37,137 bases of DNA, taken from positions 1-37,137 of the forward strand of contig RDOE01000032.1 of assembly GCA_011364975.1 (NCBI GenBank), in the 5' to 3' direction. Positions 1 through 8,212 of the stretch are shown in pieces; position 1 is the stretch's first letter, and every line of letters begins with the position of its first letter. A model generated the notes under the pieces. That model did no database searches. It was not told the DNA's origin and saw nothing but the letters and a program-made list of their open reading frames with translations. The stretch comes from Promethearchaeota archaeon. GTDB taxonomy: Archaea; Asgardarchaeota; Lokiarchaeia; Sigyniarchaeales; SOKP01. Both the position numbers and the translations under genes were made by a program.

Positions 1-2
1 AA

Positions 3-1481
3 TTAATTGAGAATGGGATTTTTTCCAGGAATTGCATTACTGATTTTCCCGCAGTAACATATCCGACTCAAGACTCAATGATTACAGGCACTTACACAGG
101 TAACTATTTTAAAGAGCCATGTCATGGAGTTCCTTTATATTATTGGATGGAAAGAGGCGTAGCACCACCCCGTTTAAGAGATTATGGCAGTTATGGTTCT
201 AATCAATGGATACAAATTTATAAAATGAATGAAGATTTAGGTGATAATTGTAGAACTCTTCCGGAATTAATTAAAGATGGAAATAGTGCGAGTATTGTAC
301 AATTCATAAATAGAGGAACTACATATCATTTTCCTGAAACAAAAACTAAGTTAATTATTTATTATTTAATGTTAAATTATTTTCGAAATAGAATAAAGCA
401 CGCTTTTCAATCAAATCTTGTATCAATAAAAAAATTAATTGGTTTATTTTCAAAACCAAAAATGTTTTTTGAAACAAAGGAGCCACCATTAATTTCCTTA
501 CTTTTGTTTTTCACATCGGATGTGTTAATGCATATGTATGGTTACGACTCCCAATTTTACAAGTTAAACCTGGTTCATATTGATAAAATGATTGGATTAT
601 TAATTAAAAATTTAGAGAAACTGGGATATTTAGATGATACCGCAATAGTGATATCTTCCGATCACGGAAATTATAAAGCACAAAATATCGGAGATTTAAA
701 GGATTTCTTATCAAGAAATGGACTCACCCATTATTATCCACGAAAATACACAAAGGGTAATACTAATATAGCGGAATTTGGTGGTATTGGATTTTTTAAT
801 TTTAAATCTTATTCTAATTCTAATAATAATCAATGGATTCGTCCTAGCTTAAAAGAACTCAGAGATTATGGTCCAAAAAATGTAAATTTATTAGAAAAGT
901 TGTTTAAAATTAAAGGTGTTCGATTAATGTATTATCGCGATGATGAAAATACGTATCAAAAGGGCAAAATTCATTTGAAGGCAAGGGAGATAAAAACTCA
1001 TAAAATTATAACCGGAAACATTGAGTATAAAGGAGTAGGGAGGGAGTATATGACTAAATATTATATGGATGAGTCTACAGATGTATTTAATTATGGTAAA
1101 GATGAAGAAACTATTAAATTAATGGATGGTAAATTTCACACTATAGATGAGTGGTTAGCAGCAACATACCATCTCGATTTTCCTCTTTATCCGGATTTAA
1201 TTCCTAGACACTTTAAAAATCCTAGAAGTGCAGATATCATTATAAGTACATGTGGAGAGGTTATTTATAATATAAGTCACGGTAAAAAGAAAAAGGGAAC
1301 TAAATATACGCATGATATAGGCTTAAGAACTAATAGCGTGGTGCCGTTAATAATAAGTGGGTCAAAAAATATACCTGTAAATGAAATAAATTACTGTAAA
1401 ACTACAGATATAGTTCCTACATTAGTAAAAATGTTAGGGTTAAAAAGTCATGAAAGTTTAGTGGGAATAAGTTTAGTATAA
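3..1481 (+). CDS. Alkaline phosphatase superfamily protein, nucleotide pyrophosphatase/phosphodiesterase (NPP) type; 5'-truncated by the window edge
   Basis: The frame is open from nt 3 (LIENGIFSRNCITDFPAVTYPTQDSMITG), giving the NPP-like FPxxTxP...S..TG nucleophile motif upstream of the ORF-track Met at 78. Metal-ligand motifs D-x3-H (SDVLMH) and SDHG are present, as is the C-terminal DIVPT. Confidence 0.85.
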   Translation, partial: LIENGIFSRNCITDFPAVTYPTQDSMITGTYTGNYFKEPCHGVPLYYWMERGVAPPRLRDYGSYGSNQWIQIYKMNEDLGDNCRTLPELIKDGNSASIVQFINRGTTYHFPETKTKLIIYYLMLNYFRNRIKHAFQSNLVSIKKLIGLFSKPKMFFETKEPPLISLLLFFTSDVLMHMYGYDSQFYKLNLVHIDKMIGLLIKNLEKLGYLDDTAIVISSDHGNYKAQNIGDLKDFLSRNGLTHYYPRKYTKGNTNIAEFGGIGFFNFKSYSNSNNNQWIRPSLKELRDYGPKNVNLLEKLFKIKGVRLMYYRDDENTYQKGKIHLKAREIKTHKIITGNIEYKGVGREYMTKYYMDESTDVFNYGKDEETIKLMDGKFHTIDEWLAATYHLDFPLYPDLIPRHFKNPRSADIIISTCGEVIYNISHGKKKKGTKYTHDIGLRTNSVVPLIISGSKNIPVNEINYCKTTDIVPTLVKMLGLKSHESLVGISLV

Positions 1482-1508
1482 TTATTAAGTGAATGAGGGG
1501 TTAAATTC

Positions 1509-1955
1509 TTGGATGATTTAATAAAAAAAAAGCTTTTAGAGTTAAAAGATAGGATTAGAGTTAAAGTTAGATTCAATGATACAGATGCTATGGGGATAGT
1601 GCACTTCAAAAATTATCTTGTATATTTCGATGACGGTTTTGTTAGCTTTATGAATAAAGTTCTAGCTCCAAAGAGAATTGAAGAAACTGTAGCTGAAGGA
1701 ACTGCATTTGGTGTAAAAAAAATAGATATAATATATGAAGGTTCTGCTCGATTTGGAGATTACATTATTGTAGAAACCCAAATCAACGATATGGGTAACT
1801 CCTCATTGACATTCCAGCATAATTTATATCGGGAAGCCGATAATAAGCTCATTGCTAAAGTTGAGTGTGTACGCCTTGCGATGGAAGTAAGATCAAATAA
1901 ATTGGTAAGCGTTAATGAGTTTTTAAATAAATATTTAAAACTAAATACGGTTTGA
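1509..1955 (+). CDS. Acyl-CoA thioesterase, hotdog fold (4HBT/YbgC family)
   Basis: VRFNDTDAMGIVHFKNYLVYFD matches the YbgC/4HBT active-site signature. 148 aa, TTG start. Confidence 0.9.
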   Translation: MDDLIKKKLLELKDRIRVKVRFNDTDAMGIVHFKNYLVYFDDGFVSFMNKVLAPKRIEETVAEGTAFGVKKIDIIYEGSARFGDYIIVETQINDMGNSSLTFQHNLYREADNKLIAKVECVRLAMEVRSNKLVSVNEFLNKYLKLNTV

Positions 1956-1956
1956 G

Positions 1957-3054
1957 CTATGAAGCGATAATCTTTGGAGCAGGAATGAAGACTTTTCTTA
2001 ATCCCGTATGGATTAATTGTATTGCATTTTCAGGGCATTGTTGTGCACAAATCCCACAACCAAGACATTTTGTCTCATTAATCTTGGCAATTTCATTACT
2101 AAGACTTGATGCTTCGATTGGACAAACTTCAACGCACGTTCCACACCCAATACAATGTTCTAAATTAATCCGAGCTATATAAGAAGTATATGTATGAGTA
2201 GGGGAAGTTCCACTATAAAATCCTTGAAAGTTGCCACAACAACATTTACAACAATTACATATAGCCATTTCCTCTAATTCGGGATTTCCCTTAATATGAA
2301 ACCCTTTATGCACTAATCCTAGTTTTTCTGCTTCTTTTAAAATTTTTAATGCTTGATTTTTCGTTATTTGGGTTGCAAAATTATGGTCGATAGCAAATTT
2401 AGCAGATCTTCCAAAACTTAAGCAATTTTTTAGAGGAGCATTTATTTTACAGGGGTCTTCTAGTAGAGATTTGCGATGTCTACAATAACAGTGAGAAACA
2501 CCAATAATTTCAAACTTATCCACAATTTTTGTAACATCTTCATAAGGTATAACTTCCTCTTCATTTGGTACTATCTGAGTTTCAATAGGGATAACTCTGT
2601 CAATAGGGGGTGCTTGTTTATAGGCATTCATAAAAACCTCATAATTTTTTTGAGTCATCTCTTTTGCATCATTAAAAATTTGTTCCCATAATTTTGCTAT
2701 CTTTATTTCTTTAGAACCTTTTTCTCCTTTCATTAGCGTAAATTCTAGTAAACCGGGTAAATATCCAACTAATCGATACACTATTAACCCAGAATTCCTA
2801 CTCGGAATTCCCGTGATCATTCCAATATCCATTAGCTCATTTAACTTTATGTGTAATTGTTCTTCACTTAGGTTAGTTTTTGATTTTAGCTCTTCAAAAT
2901 TTAAAGGTTTATTAAAGCATAGTAGAAATTCCATTTGCTCTTCATTAATTAGAGTCTTTAACAATTCAATTAAGGGTTCATTTATCGGAATAGGAGGCCC
3001 ACCACCTTTTAAAATGTTTTTAGCCAGTTTGTACCATAATTTTTCAGTCATCAT
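1957..3054 (-). CDS. Multi-cluster Fe-S protein with C-terminal 2x[4Fe-4S] ferredoxin domain (paralog 1)
   Basis: Contains CYCR, CLSFG and ICNCCKCCCG motifs plus two CxxCxxCxxxCP motifs; the N-terminal region is wHTH-like. Confidence 0.85.
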   Translation of the reverse strand: MMTEKLWYKLAKNILKGGGPPIPINEPLIELLKTLINEEQMEFLLCFNKPLNFEELKSKTNLSEEQLHIKLNELMDIGMITGIPSRNSGLIVYRLVGYLPGLLEFTLMKGEKGSKEIKIAKLWEQIFNDAKEMTQKNYEVFMNAYKQAPPIDRVIPIETQIVPNEEEVIPYEDVTKIVDKFEIIGVSHCYCRHRKSLLEDPCKINAPLKNCLSFGRSAKFAIDHNFATQITKNQALKILKEAEKLGLVHKGFHIKGNPELEEMAICNCCKCCCGNFQGFYSGTSPTHTYTSYIARINLEHCIGCGTCVEVCPIEASSLSNEIAKINETKCLGCGICAQQCPENAIQLIHTGLRKVFIPAPKIIAS

Positions 3055-3092
3055 ATACTCACGGATTTATATCTAAATAATAAATAGATGAT

Positions 3093-4202
3093 TTAAGTAT
3101 AAGGGACTTTTTTGGGAGGCAAAAACACATCCCGAGGGCCTGTTCTTTTTAAATAAATGGCTTTTTCAGAACAGTGATGAACACATACTCCACAACCAAT
3201 ACATTTTTCTAAATTTATTCTTGCAATTGATTCATCCATCTCAATAGTCTCCATTGGGCAGATTTCGATACAATTTCCACAACCAATGCATTTATTTTCA
3301 TCTAATTCCGCTTGATATGATGTCAGGGTATGAAAAGGCATAACTCCGCTATAATAAAGCTGAAATGGACCACAACAACAAGAGCAACAATTACAAATTG
3401 CTTCCTCTTCTAATTCTGGATTAAGGTGGACATGAAATGCTTTATGGACTAATCCCTCATCAGAGGCTTTATTCATAATTGTTATAGCGTTCTCTTTTGA
3501 TATAGGGTGTGCGAATTTATGTTTAATCGCAAATTGAGCACTTTTACCCAACAAAAAGCAATTAGTTCGTTCATTTGTTGTTTTACAAGATTTTTCTAAG
3601 AGATCCTGTTGATGCCTGCAGTAACAATGAGCTACTGCGATATCATCATATTTTTCTATAATTTTTGAAGCTTCCTCAAGAGGCATAACCTTCTCAACGG
3701 GTATTTCCTCAATTTCTTCTTCTACAGGTATTATTCTCGTCAATGCAGGAAAATTCTGAAATTGCTTAGCGATAAAATCATAATTAGTCTGAGTACCCTC
3801 CTGCATCTCTTTGAATAATTTTTCAAAAAGTTTAGCTATTTTTTTATGTTTTTCATCAGTTTCCCCTCTTAAATTAGTGTATTCAAACAATCCCGGAAAA
3901 GGACCCATTAATCGATACACCATCATACCAGTTCTTCTGCTTGGAACGCCTACTATAATTCCATTATCCATTAAATCATTTAACATCTGGTCTAAGGAAA
4001 TTTCATCAAGATTAGACTTCTCCTTTATTTGATCGAAATTTAAGGAGGGTTTTTTAAATATTTGAATAAATTTCGCTTGGCTATCCGTCATTAGTGTTTG
4101 AAGTAATGTAATGAGTGTATCAGTTATCGGCATTGGCATTTGCCCGGCTTTAACGATTGTACGAGCCGCTTTCAACCAAACTTTATCAATATCTTCAGAC
4201 AT
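3093..4202 (-). CDS. Multi-cluster Fe-S protein with C-terminal 2x[4Fe-4S] ferredoxin domain (paralog 2)
   Basis: Same architecture as 1957-3054: CYCR, ICNCCSCCCG, CIGCGNCIEICP, CIGCGVCVHHCS. The two proteins are colinear over their whole length. Confidence 0.85.
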   Translation of the reverse strand: MSEDIDKVWLKAARTIVKAGQMPMPITDTLITLLQTLMTDSQAKFIQIFKKPSLNFDQIKEKSNLDEISLDQMLNDLMDNGIIVGVPSRRTGMMVYRLMGPFPGLFEYTNLRGETDEKHKKIAKLFEKLFKEMQEGTQTNYDFIAKQFQNFPALTRIIPVEEEIEEIPVEKVMPLEEASKIIEKYDDIAVAHCYCRHQQDLLEKSCKTTNERTNCFLLGKSAQFAIKHKFAHPISKENAITIMNKASDEGLVHKAFHVHLNPELEEEAICNCCSCCCGPFQLYYSGVMPFHTLTSYQAELDENKCIGCGNCIEICPMETIEMDESIARINLEKCIGCGVCVHHCSEKAIYLKRTGPRDVFLPPKKVPYT

Positions 4203-4321
4203 AACTTATTACGAGATGATTATTCTCTTTTTGCATATCAAAATTTCATTAAGATTATTTCTTAATATGTTTAAAATCAAATAAATAATGCTATTAGAAT
4301 TAAAACTTAATGGATGCTTAG

Positions 4322-4768
4322 TTAAAGAGGTTCTTTTATTAAATGATAAGTTTTTTCTGATTTACAATTTGGGCAAGAAATCTTCCTATTTTTAGAAGCT
4401 AGTTCATCTTTCCATTCAGCACCACAATTCAAACACCCATATCCATTAAAAATTTCTTTAACCTCGATATTTCCTCCAGAAATTAGGATATTCTTACCTT
4501 CAACAAGAGCTTGAGTTACCTTTTGATGAGCTTTATCTAAAATTCTTGAAAATGTTGGTTGAGAAACACCCATAGTTCCAGAACAGGTCTTTTGTCCATG
4601 TTCACCTTCTCCCTGAGGAAGATTTCTATAATGTTTCAATCTCATTGCTTCAAATTCAGCAATAGTTAATATCACCGATTTGTCTTTTAAAGAGTTGTCT
4701 ATATCTCTTGGAAAATAAAAATTACTAGGGGGAGGTCTAACAAATCTCATCCTAGTTCTGCGACCCAT
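4322..4768 (-). CDS. DUF134-family putative DNA-binding protein with C-terminal Zn ribbon
   Basis: N-terminal MGRRTRMR, EFEAMRL, MGVSQPTFSRIL..A..KV..ALVEGK, followed by CLNCG...CPNC. Confidence 0.85.
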   Translation of the reverse strand: MGRRTRMRFVRPPPSNFYFPRDIDNSLKDKSVILTIAEFEAMRLKHYRNLPQGEGEHGQKTCSGTMGVSQPTFSRILDKAHQKVTQALVEGKNILISGGNIEVKEIFNGYGCLNCGAEWKDELASKNRKISCPNCKSEKTYHLIKEPL

Positions 4769-5025
4769 CTTTAAGAAGCACTCTTTTTATTATTATTTTG
4801 AAATGATTTGAAAATTTTATAATTAATTATTTAAAATCTTCATTTTAATAATTGGGTTATATAATATAAATCTCTATCTTTTACATTGCTATTTGAAATA
4901 TCACTAAAATTTTATGTGATTATGACTAGGTATTGGTTTCCCACTTTTTTAATATTTTAGATTTAATTATAGAAAGGAATACAATCAAAAATTAAGAAAA
5001 ATAAGAAATTTTATAATAAAATTAA

Positions 5026-5268
5026 TTGACTATAAGATTAAAAATACAAAATAATGAATATTGATTTCTATATACTGAAATATTCTCTTTAAACTACTTC
5101 TTTCAGGGGATTGACCAAATTATTTTCACAACAGTAGTTCTGGTGTATTTATATGAGATATTACCAAATTTAGATTATGCAGCATTTTCATTTATGTTAT
5201 TCTTTGTTCTTTTGCCATTCATTTTAAAAATAATATATCAAATCCGTAGTGATATTATGAAACAATAA
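5026..5268 (+). pseudogene. Remnant of an MFS-type transporter N-terminus (in-frame TGA, truncated)
   Basis: Hand translation from TTG 5026: MTIRLKIQNNEY*FLYTEIFSLNYFFQGIDQIIFTTVVLVYLYEILPNLDYAAFSFMLFFVLLPFILKIIYQIRSDIMKQ*. YFxQG and LPxxxKxxxxxxSD resemble TM1-TM2 of AmpG-like MFS permeases. Confidence 0.5.
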
Positions 5269-5384
5269 AAATCTTTTTTATATCTTTATGATGAATAATA
5301 TTAATAATCTTGAAAAACCAAGTATTAGGTATTTAAATAAATAAAGTTAGAAATTGATTCATTTTTAATTAACATTGAACTATA

Positions 5385-6572
5385 TTGGTGAGCAAAATAA
5401 AAATTGAATATGCAAATCGTATAAAAAGACTTCCCGCGTACATTTTTGCTGAGATTGAGCAACTTAAATCTGAAAAGAAAAAAGAGGGTGTGGATTTAAT
5501 TCCGTTAGGTATTGGAGATCCTGATATAGCAACTCCACAACTTATTATTGATGAGATTATCAATCAACTCCAAATTCCAGAGAACTATAATTATCCAACG
5601 AGTATGGGAGAGCAAGATTTTAGAGAAGGTATACAAAGATGGTATAAGGTTAGATTTAATCTCGATTTTGATTCTGAAAGCGAAATTACTAACTTAATCG
5701 GAGGTAAAGAGGGTGTTGCTAATATAGCAAGAGCATTTATTAATCCAGGGGATATTGTATTATGTCCTAATCCAGGTTATCCGGTATATGAAAATGGTGC
5801 AACTAAATTATGTGATGGAGAACCCTATTTAGTTCCTTTATTAAAGGAAAATGAATTTCTTCCGGATTTTGAGCAAATAGAGAGTAATATCCTTAAGAAA
5901 GCTAAAATGATGTATCTAAATTATCCAAACAATCCAACTGGAGCTATTGCACCAAATAAATTTCTTAAAGAAGCAATAGATTACGCAGAGGATTATAAAT
6001 TCTTTATAGTTTATGATAACCCATATTCTGAATTTACTTTTGAGGATTACATTGCGCCAACAATACTACAATTGAATCCTTATCATATCGAAATTAATAG
6101 TGCTTCCAAAATTTTTTGTATGACCGGTTTCCGATGCGGTTGGGCGGTTGGAAATAATGAAATTATCAGCGGGATAAGAAAAGTAAAATCCCAGATCGAT
6201 TCAGGATGCCCAATGTTTATTCAAAGAGCTGTAATCAAAGGATTAAATGAATATACATCAGAAAAGAAACCTGAAATTGTAGATAAAAACATGAAAGTCT
6301 ATGAGAAAAGAAGAGATATCTTAATTAAGGGATTAAATGAAATTGGCTGGAAAACCGAAAAACCTAAAGCAACATTTTACGTATGGTCAAAAATTCCTGA
6401 AGGAGAAAAGAATAGTATGGAGTTTGTGAAAAAGCTTATTAATGTAGGAGTGATTTTAACCCCAGGAATAGGATTTGGTCAGTATGGAGAGGGATTCGTA
6501 CGATTTGCACTTACACAACCAATTGAAAAAATTGAAGAAGCGCTTGAAAGAATTGATAAAGTAATTAATTAA
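5385..6572 (+). CDS. Class I/II PLP-dependent aminotransferase, LL-diaminopimelate aminotransferase-like
   Basis: LGIGDPD, LNYPNNPTGA, DNPY and the PLP-lysine motif SASKIFCMTGFRCG; C-terminal GEGFVRFAL. Start may be GTG 5388. Confidence 0.9.
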   Translation: MVSKIKIEYANRIKRLPAYIFAEIEQLKSEKKKEGVDLIPLGIGDPDIATPQLIIDEIINQLQIPENYNYPTSMGEQDFREGIQRWYKVRFNLDFDSESEITNLIGGKEGVANIARAFINPGDIVLCPNPGYPVYENGATKLCDGEPYLVPLLKENEFLPDFEQIESNILKKAKMMYLNYPNNPTGAIAPNKFLKEAIDYAEDYKFFIVYDNPYSEFTFEDYIAPTILQLNPYHIEINSASKIFCMTGFRCGWAVGNNEIISGIRKVKSQIDSGCPMFIQRAVIKGLNEYTSEKKPEIVDKNMKVYEKRRDILIKGLNEIGWKTEKPKATFYVWSKIPEGEKNSMEFVKKLINVGVILTPGIGFGQYGEGFVRFALTQPIEKIEEALERIDKVIN

Positions 6573-6603
6573 AAAAATAGTGTTAATAAAAAAATGATAT
6601 TTT

Positions 6604-6801
6604 TTATTTAGATCTTTTGTTATACTTCATCCTAAGATAAGCCATTTTTTTCTCATCTTCAGACTCTATGATCCCAGGATATGAATCTGAAATGTCGAAC
6701 ATCATCATTACAGGATTACTTTCCGAATTCCAATCTTTATAATAATCAAGGATCAAATCAGATTCCGATTGTTTTTCCAATCCTTTTGACGTATTTTTCA
6801 C
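6604..6801 (-). CDS. Small hypothetical protein (58-65 aa)
   Basis: An archaeal-type SD, AGGAGGTGA (6806-6798), overlaps the called GTG, so the in-frame TTG at 6780 is an alternative start. The ORF lies directly 3' of the structured leader. Confidence 0.6.
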   Translation of the reverse strand: MKNTSKGLEKQSESDLILDYYKDWNSESNPVMMMFDISDSYPGIIESEDEKKMAYLRMKYNKRSK

Positions 6802-6816
6802 CTCCTAATGTTTTGG

Positions 6817-7021
6817 ATGAATTTCACGTCAAGAAAGAATTCTCCAGGCTTCCTAATTCTTATAATTTAAGCAACATATTACTCCGAGAGAACAAATCCC
6901 GCAAAATTATAAGAAAAAGGAAGGAAAAGGATTTATTCTCTCTTCATAATACTGGTACTAAGGTAATAATGGCTCTCTGATAGCCAACCTTTGTAACAGT
7001 ATTATGTCGTGAAAAATTCAT
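6817..7021 (-). ncRNA. Predicted structured RNA (three-way junction): 5' leader of the 6604-6801 ORF, or a standalone ncRNA
   Basis: Nested inverted repeats: 6817-6828/7008-7021, 6945-6954/6997-7006 (perfect 10 bp), 6831-6840/6935-6944 (one G-U, valid only on the minus strand), 6857-6868/6904-6915 (perfect 12 bp) and 6849-6854/6918-6923. Confidence 0.65.
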
Positions 7022-7048
7022 TATTAATAGTATTAAGCGAGTGTAACC

Positions 7049-7062
7049 TTATAAATTTACCC
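7049..7062 (-). promoter_or_regulatory. Archaeal BRE-TATA promoter for the structured leader and small ORF
   Basis: The minus strand reads GGGTAAA-TTTATAA, about 28 nt upstream of the first helix at 7021. Confidence 0.6.
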
Positions 7063-7116
7063 ATTATATTCCCATTTGTTAAAATATCAAAGCAAGTGTT
7101 TTTCTATATCAATTTT

Positions 7117-7149
7117 TTTACTAGTAAATACATCAACTTTACTAGTAAT
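7117..7149. promoter_or_regulatory. Tandem palindromic putative operator (TTACTAGTAA x2)
   Basis: TTTACTAGTAAA at 7117-7128 and TTTACTAGTAAT at 7138-7149, 21 bp apart, in a divergent intergenic region. Confidence 0.45.
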
Positions 7150-7260
7150 AAGCTTTTAATGCTGATAAGAGCTTAAAATAGCTTTAAATATTGGCATACA
7201 ACATTTGTAATACAACTATATCCAAAACATTTTTTTATAAATGAGGTAATATAGTTTCTT

Positions 7261-8211
7261 ATGAAATCTAAAATGAAAGGAAATATTGAAGATAAGTATA
7301 AAAAAGCTACAAACATTTTATGGAAGATTTGGTGGTTTTTTGTATTTCTTTTTATTATCCCATCAGTAATAACGTTTTTAAGTTTTGTTATTATTAATTT
7401 TATCGCAGTTCGCATCGAAATTTTCGCAGGACCAGATATTTATGTTATAGTGGGCTTAACTGTTATTGTTTTCATCTTTTCTGTTTTGTTTTTTTATCGA
7501 TTCTTTGATAGATATCGAGACAAACCGATATTTTTTAACCAAGAAAATAATCTTGCTGCTCGGATTCATATACTATATCTCATTACGATTTTTTCTTTGA
7601 TTGTTACTCCCATTTTTGTATTTATAACCCCTGAAGAATACCAATTTGAATTATTACCGTTAATTTCATTTTGCCTCCTGTATAATATTGTCTATTTTTA
7701 TATTTCATTAAAACCAATTGATTATTTTAACGCATCAGAAAGAAGTTTTAAACGTGCGTTAAAGCTTTCACTCTCATTAAAACAACCACATAATTTTTTG
7801 ATTATTATCAATTATTTTATTCAAATAATATATCTCTCGTTAATTTTTCAAACTAGAATCTCTTGGCTTTTCGCGTTAATTACTAATCTACTTTTTTATA
7901 TAATTACATTGGGAACTACTAGTAAAATTCGTAAAGTTATTTCTAATTCTTTTAAAGAAGATAATAGATTCCTAAATGAACTTTCTTTATATAAAGAAAA
8001 ATTTGTCTCTTCTATTCTTAGTTTAAATTTTGTATTGCTGATTCAAATCCCGTTTGTAATAATAGGTGTGAATAGCTTTCAAGGAATATCTTACTCAATA
8101 ATGGATATTTTTAATGCATCTATTTATGCAATTTTGGTCTTCTTTCTGTATCTTAAATTTAGAATTTATTTAATTATAAATCATAAAAAATTTATCTTGA
8201 GTGTGAGTTAA
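7261..8211 (+). CDS. Polytopic membrane protein, hypothetical (possibly the N-terminal part of the downstream giant protein)
   Basis: 316 aa with multiple long hydrophobic segments. It ends 1 nt before the next ORF. Confidence 0.75.
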   Translation: MKSKMKGNIEDKYKKATNILWKIWWFFVFLFIIPSVITFLSFVIINFIAVRIEIFAGPDIYVIVGLTVIVFIFSVLFFYRFFDRYRDKPIFFNQENNLAARIHILYLITIFSLIVTPIFVFITPEEYQFELLPLISFCLLYNIVYFYISLKPIDYFNASERSFKRALKLSLSLKQPHNFLIIINYFIQIIYLSLIFQTRISWLFALITNLLFYIITLGTTSKIRKVISNSFKEDNRFLNELSLYKEKFVSSILSLNFVLLIQIPFVIIGVNSFQGISYSIMDIFNASIYAILVFFLYLKFRIYLIINHKKFILSVS

Positions 8212-8212
8212 A

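Noticed and set aside
5062-5064. In-frame TGA as possible selenocysteine
   Set aside because: The context is a truncated transporter-like fragment, not a Cys-equivalent redox site; a nonsense mutation is the simpler explanation.
6681-6980. 99-aa + strand ORF
   Set aside because: It overlaps the minus-strand small ORF and the structured leader, has no recognisable motif, and the promoter and SD signals point to the minus strand.
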